Positions 29,108 to 38,496 of a stretch of 64,000 nt of DNA are shown here, one piece after another. The notes under the pieces were generated by a model that saw only the letters and a list, made by a program, of their open reading frames with translations, was not told the DNA's origin and did not search any database. The stretch covers positions 3,392-67,391 of the forward strand of contig LBSX01000001.1 of the NCBI GenBank assembly GCA_000990355.1. Direction: 5' to 3'. Source of the DNA: Candidatus Magasanikbacteria bacterium GW2011_GWC2_37_14. GTDB taxonomy: Bacteria; Patescibacteriota; Patescibacteriia; Magasanikbacterales; UBA922. A program made the position numbers and the translations under genes. Every line of letters begins with the position of its first letter. The first letter of the stretch is position 1.

Positions 29108-30561
29108 AATTTTCTAATTATACCATTAATTATATCTACTTCCACTATGTCACCGTCTTTAAATACTTTGGTGCCAATTTTTGTACCTACCAAACAAGGA
29201 ATGCCAAGCTCACGAGAAACAATGGCTGCATGAGACAATAATCCCCCTTCGTCCGTAACAATGGCTCCTGCGCGCTCCATAGCGGGCACTAACGTGGGAT
29301 TGGTAGCTGGTGCAATCAAAATATCGCCTTTGTTTACTTTTTTAGCGTCGGCATCGCAAAGCACCAACTTTACTATTCCTGTGATCACTCCAGGCGAAGC
29401 ACCTTGACCACTTAACTCGATAATATTTTCATACTTTTCTATTTTCAATTCTTGTTTTTTATATTCTTCAAGTTTTTTACCAGAAAGCACAATAACTTTA
29501 TTACCTTCTAAAATAATTGCACTTTCAATTACTCGTTCATTTAATTTTTCTAAAGATAAAATTAATTCTCCACGATTTAAACTGTCTAAAATTTCTACAC
29601 CCCGCATTTCAATCAATTGTTTGTATGACATTCCTAAACGTCTGGCAATTTCATTAAACAATGGTTTTAAATTTACAACTGTAAAAGTAAAAACCTCGTC
29701 TACCAAACTATAAGCTGAAGCTTGAGCGCGAGCCGATTCAATATACTTAAGAATATTTTCTGGTAAATCTAATTCATTAATAAGCAATTCTCGCTTACTT
29801 AAATCATTTTCTAATTGTTTTATTTTTTGTAGTTCATTTTCAACACCATTATTCAATACTTCTTTAATTCTTTCTAAAATAATATCTTTATTATACAATT
29901 CACCGCGAAAATAATACTGCCCTAAATAAGCAAATTTACATAAATGTGTACTCACTAAATTTTCTAATTCTTGATTATAACCATTATCTTCTACAAACTT
30001 CGCTAAATTTAATAAAAAAAATTTTTCTTGCCTTGTTTCTGAAGAATCTTCTAATTGTAGTAAGATATTAAAATCTTCGTTTTGTTTATTAATATTTGGT
30101 TCTTTTTTAGCAATCTCGGCAAAAATTAAATCCGGTAAAAATTTATTAGTAATAATGGCGTTGTAAGCAAAAGCCCACATTTTACGAGTACAAGCTAAAT
30201 ATTCGGAAAAATTTATAAACAACACTTCTGTTTCTTGTTCAGACCAATTAAGATCTTTTATTTGTAAAACAAAATCTTTTAATTGCTTAATGCGTCTTTT
30301 ATATTCATTGGCGTATTCTAGCAAAGCACCAGGATTAGCAAGTTCTTTTTTACGAAAAAAATCACAAAAATCTGCTAAATTCTCTGAACCAAACCAACGA
30401 GCCCCAGCTAATTGCCGAAAGTTTTGAGGCTTAAATTCGGGCTTATTAAAGTCTAAACCTAAAAATGCCATAAATCCCTCCATAGCAGTGTCAATCAAAA
30501 GCAAGGCATGATTTTCGCCTCTACGAGTAATTTCCTCCCAAATTAGCTTACTTTCGGCCAT
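29104..30561 (-). CDS. Array paralogue 1: helical domain + PEP-utiliser swivel His domain
   Basis: TDEGGLLSHAAIVSRE. Confidence 0.9.
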   Translation of the reverse strand: MAESKLIWEEITRRGENHALLLIDTAMEGFMAFLGLDFNKPEFKPQNFRQLAGARWFGSENLADFCDFFRKKELANPGALLEYANEYKRRIKQLKDFVLQIKDLNWSEQETEVLFINFSEYLACTRKMWAFAYNAIITNKFLPDLIFAEIAKKEPNINKQNEDFNILLQLEDSSETRQEKFFLLNLAKFVEDNGYNQELENLVSTHLCKFAYLGQYYFRGELYNKDIILERIKEVLNNGVENELQKIKQLENDLSKRELLINELDLPENILKYIESARAQASAYSLVDEVFTFTVVNLKPLFNEIARRLGMSYKQLIEMRGVEILDSLNRGELILSLEKLNERVIESAIILEGNKVIVLSGKKLEEYKKQELKIEKYENIIELSGQGASPGVITGIVKLVLCDADAKKVNKGDILIAPATNPTLVPAMERAGAIVTDEGGLLSHAAIVSRELGIPCLVGTKIGTKVFKDGDIVEVDIINGIIRKL

Positions 30562-30569
30562 ATATAGCT

Positions 30570-30598
30570 ATTTTAGCCAAATAATCTATAAAAATCAA
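30570..30598 (-). promoter_or_regulatory. Putative sigma70 promoter of the 11-gene array (near-leaderless)
   Basis: TTGATT-17-TAAAAT with only 8 nt to the ATG at 30561. Confidence 0.55.
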
Positions 30599-30637
30599 GA
30601 GAAAAACAAAAACAGTCTATTTCTTCAACAGACTGTT

Positions 30638-32356
30638 TTATTTCTCCAAATCACTCCACATACTCTCATCATCTTCTTTTGGTTTGTCGCTAGCAAAAAA
30701 TGGTTGATTCGTATTCGGCACAGAAACTGCTCCACCAGAAGCTTTCTTTTTATGACGCTTACGTTTTTTCTTTTTAAAAGGTTCACTAGTTAAATTAGTC
30801 TGAGTATTTGTTACAACAACATTATTTATGATTGGCTTATTAAAAACTGGAGATTCTGCTATTTTTATTGGTTCTTCCTTGGGTAATAACTTTGATAAAG
30901 ACAATGTTTCTTCTGGTTCACTAACAGGCACTGCTAATTTTTTAATTAATTCACTAGGAGAAATTTTTGATTCATCTACCACTACCACTGGCTCTTTATG
31001 CTCCAATTCTAATTCTTCACCATCTTCATTTTCCTCTACTTCCATACCACTCCAACGTAAAATCTTTTCTTCAATAACTTCGCGCGGTTTACCATAACGT
31101 TCACGAGAAACTCTAACTATTTTTTCGGCACTATCAGTTGGCTGGCCGATTGGTGGCATGGTAATGGCAGAAAAGGGTTGCGAAGCCACACCATCAATCA
31201 TTAATTTCATAATGATGTGAAATTTAGGCAAATTTAAAATTTCTTCTGGCAAATAGGTTGGCATGTATTCTTTTTCAAAATATTCTGCATCTGGTCCACC
31301 AATTCTAAAAGTAATCATGGTACCGACGTTACCAAAAACAGCATCCGACACCAGTTCGTCTAATTGGGCTACATATTGATGTGCCATAATTAAACTTAAA
31401 CGATATTTACGAGCTTCGGACAAAATATTGGCAAAACTTGGTGTAGCAAAATTTTGAAATTCGTCTACATACAAAAAGAAATCCTGACGTTCTGCTTCTG
31501 GAGTGTCTACTCGTTCCATAGCCGAAAGCTGGATTTTGGTAATAAGCATTCCACCCAAAAGACGTGAATTATCTTCGCCAATTCTACCTTTTGAAAGATT
31601 GATAATAAAAATTTTCTTTTCATCCATTATTTTACGAACATCTATGGTAGATTTGACCTGAGCTACCATATTGCGAATAACACTGGCCGATAAAAACTGG
31701 CCGATTTTATTTTGTACAGCGGCCACAGCTTCGGTAGCATATTTTTCACTATAACTGGCAAATTCCTGTTCCCAAAAAGATTTAATTACTGGGTCTTTAA
31801 CTGATTTAACTACTCTTGCTCGATACTTTTTATCGGACAACATGCGATTGATACCCAGCAATGTAGAACCCGGATGTTCTAAAAGCGCCAAAATAGTATT
31901 GTTTAAAATGTACTCCATGCGAGGACTCCAAACATCGGGCCAAATCTTTTTAAAAGCTGCCATAAGACCAGCAGCTACCAAGTGCTTTTGTTCTTCAAAT
32001 TGGACTTCTAGAATATTGAAACCAATTGGATAGTTAGTATCAGCAGGATTAAAATAAATTACATCATTAATCCGATTGGCAGGAATATAATTAATAATTT
32101 TTTCGGCAAAATCTCCGTGAGGATCCACTACGCCCACACCATGACCAGCATAAATATCATGAAGCACCATATTTTCCATCATCGTAGTTTTGCCCATGCC
32201 TGTTTTACCAATTACATACATGTGACGCCGGCGGTCATCTAGTTTAATACCAAAACGACGCAATTGGTTGCGATAGGCAGTTTGAGCAAAAAAACAAATA
32301 TCTTCTTTTTCCTTTGGGACAACTACACCCTTGGTTGTAAGATGTTGAAGAGGCAC
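30638..32356 (-). CDS. VirD4/TraD-like coupling ATPase (HerA/FtsK superfamily)
   Basis: RRHMYVIGKTGMGKT (Walker A), VDPHGD, LYVDEFQNF (Walker B), LSEARKYRL. Confidence 0.85.
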   Translation of the reverse strand: MPLQHLTTKGVVVPKEKEDICFFAQTAYRNQLRRFGIKLDDRRRHMYVIGKTGMGKTTMMENMVLHDIYAGHGVGVVDPHGDFAEKIINYIPANRINDVIYFNPADTNYPIGFNILEVQFEEQKHLVAAGLMAAFKKIWPDVWSPRMEYILNNTILALLEHPGSTLLGINRMLSDKKYRARVVKSVKDPVIKSFWEQEFASYSEKYATEAVAAVQNKIGQFLSASVIRNMVAQVKSTIDVRKIMDEKKIFIINLSKGRIGEDNSRLLGGMLITKIQLSAMERVDTPEAERQDFFLYVDEFQNFATPSFANILSEARKYRLSLIMAHQYVAQLDELVSDAVFGNVGTMITFRIGGPDAEYFEKEYMPTYLPEEILNLPKFHIIMKLMIDGVASQPFSAITMPPIGQPTDSAEKIVRVSRERYGKPREVIEEKILRWSGMEVEENEDGEELELEHKEPVVVVDESKISPSELIKKLAVPVSEPEETLSLSKLLPKEEPIKIAESPVFNKPIINNVVVTNTQTNLTSEPFKKKKRKRHKKKASGGAVSVPNTNQPFFASDKPKEDDESMWSDLEK

Positions 32357-32471
32357 AGTGAAGTTAAAAGTTTATAAAGTTAAAAGTTTATAAAGTTAAA
32401 AAGATCTTTGAAACTTTAAGAACTTCGGACTAGTTTAATTATAACACAAAAATATACAAATCACTAGATTT

Positions 32472-33656
32472 TTAGCCAAACATTAGCCAACTGGGTTTAA
32501 AGATAAGTAACAAACCCAAAAGCAACATTAATATTCCCCCAATTAAAGCTGAGTACTTGCCATATTTACCACCAACAACTTTGGACTTTAGGGTTACCAT
32601 GGCAATCACAAAAACAATCATGTCATCTAGCATATAAAAAACAATGTAGCCAACCATATAAAGATACTTTTGCCACATTGGTAAACCACTTAAAGCCAAT
32701 ACTTGGGTATAAACTGCAGGGAAACCAGCAGAACAAGCTAATTCTACAAGATTTACCGAAAAACCAAGAAGTAAAATACCAACAATTGACCATAACAAAC
32801 TTTTACGATAAACAATCGCCTTAATTTTTTCAAAAGTTTTTTTGGTATCTTTTAAATCCGAGACTTTACAAGCCAAAGCTTCGGCTTTTCTGTTTAACCA
32901 CCATTCACGCAAATTAATTCCACCAGCACCAATTGCCACCAAACCAATGACAATTCTAATGGTAGCAATCATGCCTAAAAACAACAAAAGCTGAAGCCAA
33001 GCGGCCATAAAAACAAAATAAACTGCACCAGAAGCCACAATAAATAGCGATCCCAAAAGCCACATTCTTTTTCTATTTTCCATGCCCAAGAGTAATGTTA
33101 TTAAAAATAACAATGCCCACATAGCGCAAGGATTAAAGCCATCTAACAAACCAATAATCACTGTTAAAAGTGGCAAAGAAAAAGTTTTAGGATTGATTTC
33201 TCCTAAAATAGGGATATTGATTTTATTAGTATTAATTGTTTCTGTAGTTTTAGTCTGTATTAACCCTTTAGTTTGTAATTTTTGTTCAATAATCTGGATT
33301 ATTTCTTTCCCAGTAGTTTTGTCTGTACCATATCCAGAAACTGGTGTGCCATCGATAAAAGCAACGGGAACCGAACCTACAGCGGTAAAATATTTATTAC
33401 CATACTCTTCAAATAATTTAGCATTCTTTTCACCACTTACTTCATATAAATGAAAATCTAAATATTGTCCATAAAGCGGAAAAACCTTTTCATTCAAAAA
33501 TTTTATTTCTGCTTGACAATGAGTACAAGTTTCCAAATGAAATAAAGTATATTCAACTTTATTGACAGAATTTGTGGTTTGGGCCAATACAAAATTTGGT
33601 AAAACCATTAAGCCCAACAAAAATGTTATTATAAAAATATAAAATAGTTTTCTCAT
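32472..33656 (-). CDS. Thioredoxin-fold + DsbD/CcdA-like membrane electron-transfer protein
   Basis: Signal peptide, CTHC, TM motifs GLLDGFNPCA and ELACSAGFP. Confidence 0.8.
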   Translation of the reverse strand: MRKLFYIFIITFLLGLMVLPNFVLAQTTNSVNKVEYTLFHLETCTHCQAEIKFLNEKVFPLYGQYLDFHLYEVSGEKNAKLFEEYGNKYFTAVGSVPVAFIDGTPVSGYGTDKTTGKEIIQIIEQKLQTKGLIQTKTTETINTNKINIPILGEINPKTFSLPLLTVIIGLLDGFNPCAMWALLFLITLLLGMENRKRMWLLGSLFIVASGAVYFVFMAAWLQLLLFLGMIATIRIVIGLVAIGAGGINLREWWLNRKAEALACKVSDLKDTKKTFEKIKAIVYRKSLLWSIVGILLLGFSVNLVELACSAGFPAVYTQVLALSGLPMWQKYLYMVGYIVFYMLDDMIVFVIAMVTLKSKVVGGKYGKYSALIGGILMLLLGLLLIFKPSWLMFG

Positions 33657-33744
33657 ACTAATATAGTATATATTAATTATTTATGCATGTCAAACAATAA
33701 TATGTTATAATAGTATAGTTAAATTTTAAACATTTGTCCACTAT

Positions 33745-34326
33745 ATGAAATTTGAACTACCTAAACTTTCCTACGCTTTTGAAGCGCTGGAACCACACTT
33801 AGACGCCCAAACTGTAGAAATTCACTACACCAAGCATCATCAAACATATTTAAACAATTTTCAAGCTATAGTAGATAAATATACAGAATTGGCAGAAATG
33901 ACTGCCGAAGAAATTTTGACTAATTTAGAAAAATTAAAAGTTGACGACGCTGATTGGACCAAATTGAAAAATATGGGTGGTGGCTTTGTAAACCATAATC
34001 TTTACTGGTCCAACTTGGGACCAAGAAAAGAAGTAGACGAAAACCTAGTCAATAAAATTACGACTGAATTTGGTTCAATAGAAAAATTTAAAGAAGATTT
34101 TACTAATTTGGCTACTTCTCTCTTTGGTTCCGGCTGGGTATGGTTGGTAGAAGAACCAAATGGAAAACTGAATATTTATCAGCTTCCTAATCAAGACTCC
34201 CCTCTTACTCTTGGCCACAAACCAATTTTGGCCTTAGATATTTGGGAACACGCCTATTACCTTAAATACCAAAACAAACGCGCTGATTATATAAATGCTT
34301 GGTGGCAAGCAGTGAAGATCATATAG
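33745..34326 (+). CDS. sodA: Fe/Mn superoxide dismutase
   Basis: HYTKHHQTY, NHNLYW, FGSGWVWL, DIWEHAYY; metal specificity uncertain. Confidence 0.93.
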   Translation: MKFELPKLSYAFEALEPHLDAQTVEIHYTKHHQTYLNNFQAIVDKYTELAEMTAEEILTNLEKLKVDDADWTKLKNMGGGFVNHNLYWSNLGPRKEVDENLVNKITTEFGSIEKFKEDFTNLATSLFGSGWVWLVEEPNGKLNIYQLPNQDSPLTLGHKPILALDIWEHAYYLKYQNKRADYINAWWQAVKII

Positions 34327-34352
34327 CAAATAACAAATAGCATATATCATAT

Positions 34353-34384
34353 TAAAAAGTTCGACCATTGGCCGAACTTTTTTG
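34353..34384. terminator. Bidirectional terminator between sod and rpoD
   Basis: aaaaagttcgacc-att-ggccgaactttttt. Confidence 0.7.
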
Positions 34385-34416
34385 TTTCATGTTATCTGAG
34401 TTAATGCTTCATGAAA

Positions 34417-35745
34417 CTAGTAATCTCTTAATTTTCCAGCAATTCCAAAAGTTTGAATTTTTTCTAGAGCTTTGGCCTCTATTTGGCGAATACGTTCACG
34501 AGTAACATCAAATTCTTTGCCCACTTCTTCCAAAGTATGAGTAACACCATCGGTAAGACCAAAACGCATTTCTAGAATTTTTTGTTCACGAGGCGACAAA
34601 TCTTTTAAAGCTTCACGAATATAATCTTTTAATAACTCCCGACCAGCCGCTTGCGAAGGACTTACTGATTTAATGTCTTCTATAAAATCAGATAAGGAAG
34701 AATCATCGTCATCATCGTCATCGCCTACTGAAGTTTCGAGTGATACAGTATCCTGGGAAATTTTGATAATGTGCTTAATTTTTTCTACTTCTTCACCCAT
34801 TTCGGCAGCTAACTCTTCTGGAGTTGGATCACGACCTAAATCTTGAAGTAAACGACGTTCTACTTGTTGAAAACGGTTGATAGTTTCTACCATGTGCACT
34901 GGAATGCGAATAGTACGCGATTGATCTGCCAAAGCTCGAGTAATGGCCTGACGAATCCACCAAGTAGCATAGGTAGAAAATTTATAACCTTTACGATGAT
35001 CAAACTTTTTTACAGCGCGAAATAAACCAATATTACCTTCTTGGATTAAATCTAACAAAGATAATTGTTTGCCAACAAATTTTTTGGCAATAGATACAAC
35101 CAAGCGCAAGTTCGCTTCAATTAATTTTTTATCGGCTTCTTTGTCGCCTCTTTCTTTACGTTTGGCCAAAGACACTTCTTCTTCGGCAGTAAGTAAAGGA
35201 ATTTTACCAATTTCACGCAAATACATTTGTATAGAATCCTGAGAAATTGCACCAAAATCAAATTCTGCGCCTTCTTTTACATCAGGTTGTTCGCCCTGAA
35301 ATTCTTGTAATATTTCTCGGCGTTCGTGACGCTGTCCCAAAAGACCCTCTTTCATTTCTACTATTCCTACACCATTTTTATCCAAAATAATTTGGAAAGA
35401 TTCATAAATATCTAAATAATGCTCTAATCGCGGAAAAAGAGACAAAACTTCTATTTCTGTAACAAAACCACGACTTCGTCCTTTATCTAGCAAATGCCAA
35501 ATTTCTTCTTCATTTGGTGGCAAAACAATTTCTTGTACAACAGAAATAATTACCTTTTTTTTGATAGGTAACTTTCTTTTTTTATTAATTAATTTTTTGA
35601 CCAACTTCTTTTTACCAACCCTTTTTAATGACTTAAGGGCAACTTTTTTATGGGCTTTCGCCTTTTTAGCAATCTTGCGGACTGCTTTAATTTTTTTGAC
35701 AGATTTTTTGACTGTCTTTTGAATTTTTTTAACTTTCTTTTTCAT
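34417..35745 (-). CDS. rpoD: Primary sigma factor with Lys-rich N-terminal tail
   Basis: [50 protein letters not shown]; downstream of dnaG. Confidence 0.95.
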   Translation of the reverse strand: MKKKVKKIQKTVKKSVKKIKAVRKIAKKAKAHKKVALKSLKRVGKKKLVKKLINKKRKLPIKKKVIISVVQEIVLPPNEEEIWHLLDKGRSRGFVTEIEVLSLFPRLEHYLDIYESFQIILDKNGVGIVEMKEGLLGQRHERREILQEFQGEQPDVKEGAEFDFGAISQDSIQMYLREIGKIPLLTAEEEVSLAKRKERGDKEADKKLIEANLRLVVSIAKKFVGKQLSLLDLIQEGNIGLFRAVKKFDHRKGYKFSTYATWWIRQAITRALADQSRTIRIPVHMVETINRFQQVERRLLQDLGRDPTPEELAAEMGEEVEKIKHIIKISQDTVSLETSVGDDDDDDDSSLSDFIEDIKSVSPSQAAGRELLKDYIREALKDLSPREQKILEMRFGLTDGVTHTLEEVGKEFDVTRERIRQIEAKALEKIQTFGIAGKLRDY

Positions 35746-35777
35746 GACTGAAAGTTAATAAATAATTATTTAACAAA

Positions 35778-37595
35778 TTAATTGCCCAGTTCAACAAACT
35801 CTGCTGAAAGGGTTTTCATTTTCTCTTGCTCATTATTTTTTTGGGCTAATTCAATTTCTTTTTGCAATTCCCGACGACGTTTTTTAATCCATTCTTCGTG
35901 CACCATTTCACTAATATTTTCTAATTCTTTTTTAGCAGTATTTTCTGTAACTTCGGCAAACTCCCATTCTCCTTGTAATAACAAAATATCCAACAAATTA
36001 TCCTTTGAATCTGTTGTAACAACTTCATTTACATTATAACTGTTTTTTACGATTTCGTAAAGAGCACTATAGGCTGTAGCTAATAAAATTTTCTGAATCC
36101 CAGAATTAACTTCATTTTTTAAAATTGGAAAACGTAATAACAAACTAAGTAAACGCTCTACTAATAATTCAAATTTACCCTTATTTTGAGGAGCTAAAAC
36201 CTGTGGAATAGAGGCTAGGGATTGTCCGCTAGTAACACCTGGTTTTTTATTAGTATTAGTTTTAATTTGTGCCAAATCCTCTCTTAAAACCGAAACATCA
36301 ACTCCCAATTTATCACCAAGGATTTTTAACCAATGATCACGTTCTACTGCATAAGGAATTAAAGCAATCTCTCCTAAATATTCGTTAACCACTAATTGTT
36401 TTTGGCGAGGTTCAAAAATATCACGACCACGTAAAACTTTTTCCAAATACCAATCCATTACATTTTGTGCCTGTTCTACAGCTTTAAACCAAACTTCTGG
36501 ACTCTTTTTTAAACATTCATCTGGATCTTTTCCAGCACCATCGGGAATACGGATAACCTTTACACTAAGTCCTTCGGCCAAAGCAATACTAATTCCTCTT
36601 TTGGCAGCATTTTGCCCAGCTTCATCTGCATCAAAAGCCATATTTATTACACTAGCATAGCGTTTTAATAATTTAACTTGTTCTTCGGTTAAAGCTGTGC
36701 CCGATGAGGCCACAACATTTTTCATACCTGCTTGATGACAAGCAATCACATCCATTTGCCCTTCAACCATGACAATTAAATTTTTTGCTTTTATTGTCTG
36801 TTTGGCTTTGTTTAAGCCAAAGATTACTCGTGATTTGTCATAAACACCGGTTTGTGGAGTATTTACATATTTACCTGGCGTAAAATTTTCCTTGCCCGGC
36901 GTAGCCTTAGCGGAGTCGGGTTTTTCTACCAAAATTCTACCAGTAAAACCCACGACTTCATCATGTACATTCCAAATTGGAAACATTATTCGTCCTCGAA
37001 AACGATCATAAAATCCCCTGCCTGTTTGTTCATCAGCACCTTCACGTTTAATGGTAATACCAGCAGCAACCAAATCATCAATCGCAAAACCCTTTTTTAA
37101 TAAATATTGGGTAAGCAAATCCCATTGTTCGGGAATAAACCCAATTTGCCATTCTTCTATGGTTTCTATTTTTAAACCTCTATTTAATAAATAATCCATA
37201 GCCAATTTGGCTGTGGGCATTTTGAGCAAAAAATTATGAAAAAATCTAGCAGTTTCACTGTTAATATTTTTTATACGATTTTTTTGACTAGAATCTGCTT
37301 CATTTTTATAAGAAGAAGTAAGTGTCACACCAGCTTTATCGGCCAAATATTTTAAAGATTCTTTAAATTCCATGCCCTCTATTTCTTGAATAAAACTAAA
37401 AATATCTCCACCCTTGGCACAACCAAAACAATGCCAACTACCACGTTCGGAACTGACCATAAAAGAAGGGCTTTTTTCATGATGAAAAGGACAAAGCCCT
37501 TTTTTGTTGGTTCCTGCTGGTTTTAGCTGTACATATTCCCCCACTAGCTCTGCAACATCAATCTTATTTTTGATTAATTGTACCTCGTCCGACAT
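35778..37595 (-). CDS. dnaG: DNA primase
   Basis: CPFHHEKSPSF..CFGC Zn finger, DRFRGRIMFPI, VEGQMD, FDADEAG, KDPDE. Confidence 0.97.
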   Translation of the reverse strand: MSDEVQLIKNKIDVAELVGEYVQLKPAGTNKKGLCPFHHEKSPSFMVSSERGSWHCFGCAKGGDIFSFIQEIEGMEFKESLKYLADKAGVTLTSSYKNEADSSQKNRIKNINSETARFFHNFLLKMPTAKLAMDYLLNRGLKIETIEEWQIGFIPEQWDLLTQYLLKKGFAIDDLVAAGITIKREGADEQTGRGFYDRFRGRIMFPIWNVHDEVVGFTGRILVEKPDSAKATPGKENFTPGKYVNTPQTGVYDKSRVIFGLNKAKQTIKAKNLIVMVEGQMDVIACHQAGMKNVVASSGTALTEEQVKLLKRYASVINMAFDADEAGQNAAKRGISIALAEGLSVKVIRIPDGAGKDPDECLKKSPEVWFKAVEQAQNVMDWYLEKVLRGRDIFEPRQKQLVVNEYLGEIALIPYAVERDHWLKILGDKLGVDVSVLREDLAQIKTNTNKKPGVTSGQSLASIPQVLAPQNKGKFELLVERLLSLLLRFPILKNEVNSGIQKILLATAYSALYEIVKNSYNVNEVVTTDSKDNLLDILLLQGEWEFAEVTENTAKKELENISEMVHEEWIKKRRRELQKEIELAQKNNEQEKMKTLSAEFVELGN

Positions 37596-37605
37596 AATAT
37601 CAATT

Positions 37606-37668
37606 TTACTTGCCCGGTCGTAGCTTTAGCGAAGACGGGTCTTTTATTTGTTGTACTTCATCCGACAT
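37606..37668 (-). other. 20-codon mini-ORF duplicating the dnaG N-terminus and ending in a hairpin repeat
   Basis: MSDEVQQIKDPSSLKLRPGK* versus dnaG MSDEVQLIK. Confidence 0.7.
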
Positions 37669-37753
37669 ATCTCTTATAGACTATACTATTTGCCATAATT
37701 TGGCAAGCATTGTAAAATACTCACATCTCTATTTATAGTGAGTTTACCGAACT

Positions 37754-38464
37754 ATGAAAATTTCCTTTATTATACCCGCTTACAACGAAGAAAAATATAT
37801 TGGTAAATGTTTGGAAAGTATTATAAAACATGGTCCACCTGACGCAGAAATTATTGTTATTAATAATAATTCCACTGATCAGACAACTGGAATTGTAAAT
37901 TCTTTTCCCAGAGTAAAATTATTATTTGAACCAACTAGGGGTACTACTCATACTCGCCAAAAAGGCCTAGAAAATGCTAGTGGAGAATTAGTTGCCTTTA
38001 TTGATGCTGACTGTCGTCTTACACCAGAATGGATGAACATTGTGGCAAAAAAATTTACAGAAAATAAAAAATTAGTTTGTCTTAGTGGACCTTATTTTTT
38101 TTATGATAATACTAAAATAAAAAATTTTCTAATTGCTCGTCCTTATAATTATTTAGCCAGTTTATCAAACAAACTTACAAATTCAGTTATTTATGGTGGT
38201 AATACGATTATTAAAAAAGAAATAATTAATAAAATTGGTGGCTGGGATAAAAGCATTAACTTTTATGGTGATGATGTAATACTCGCAAAAAAAATATCTA
38301 CCTTGGGAAAAATAGATTTTGATTTAAAATTTTTTGTGCATTCTTCTTCTCGCCGATTTAATCACGAAGGTATTCCCACTATGATTCTTAAATACTTTAT
38401 AAATTTTATTTGGGTAAGACTTTTTAATAAACCTTATCATCAGACTTATTTGAATCATCGTTAA
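37754..38464 (+). CDS. GT2-family glycosyltransferase
   Basis: ISFIIPAYNEE, NNSTDQT, FIDAD, SSRRF. Confidence 0.9.
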   Translation: MKISFIIPAYNEEKYIGKCLESIIKHGPPDAEIIVINNNSTDQTTGIVNSFPRVKLLFEPTRGTTHTRQKGLENASGELVAFIDADCRLTPEWMNIVAKKFTENKKLVCLSGPYFFYDNTKIKNFLIARPYNYLASLSNKLTNSVIYGGNTIIKKEIINKIGGWDKSINFYGDDVILAKKISTLGKIDFDLKFFVHSSSRRFNHEGIPTMILKYFINFIWVRLFNKPYHQTYLNHR

Positions 38465-38496
38465 AAAATAACTTCATAAAATATGAGGTTATTTTT

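Noticed and set aside
14274-30561. Annotating the array genes as PEP synthase (ppsA) or PPDK
   Set aside because: Only the swivel His domain is present; the nucleotide-binding and pyruvate-binding domains are absent
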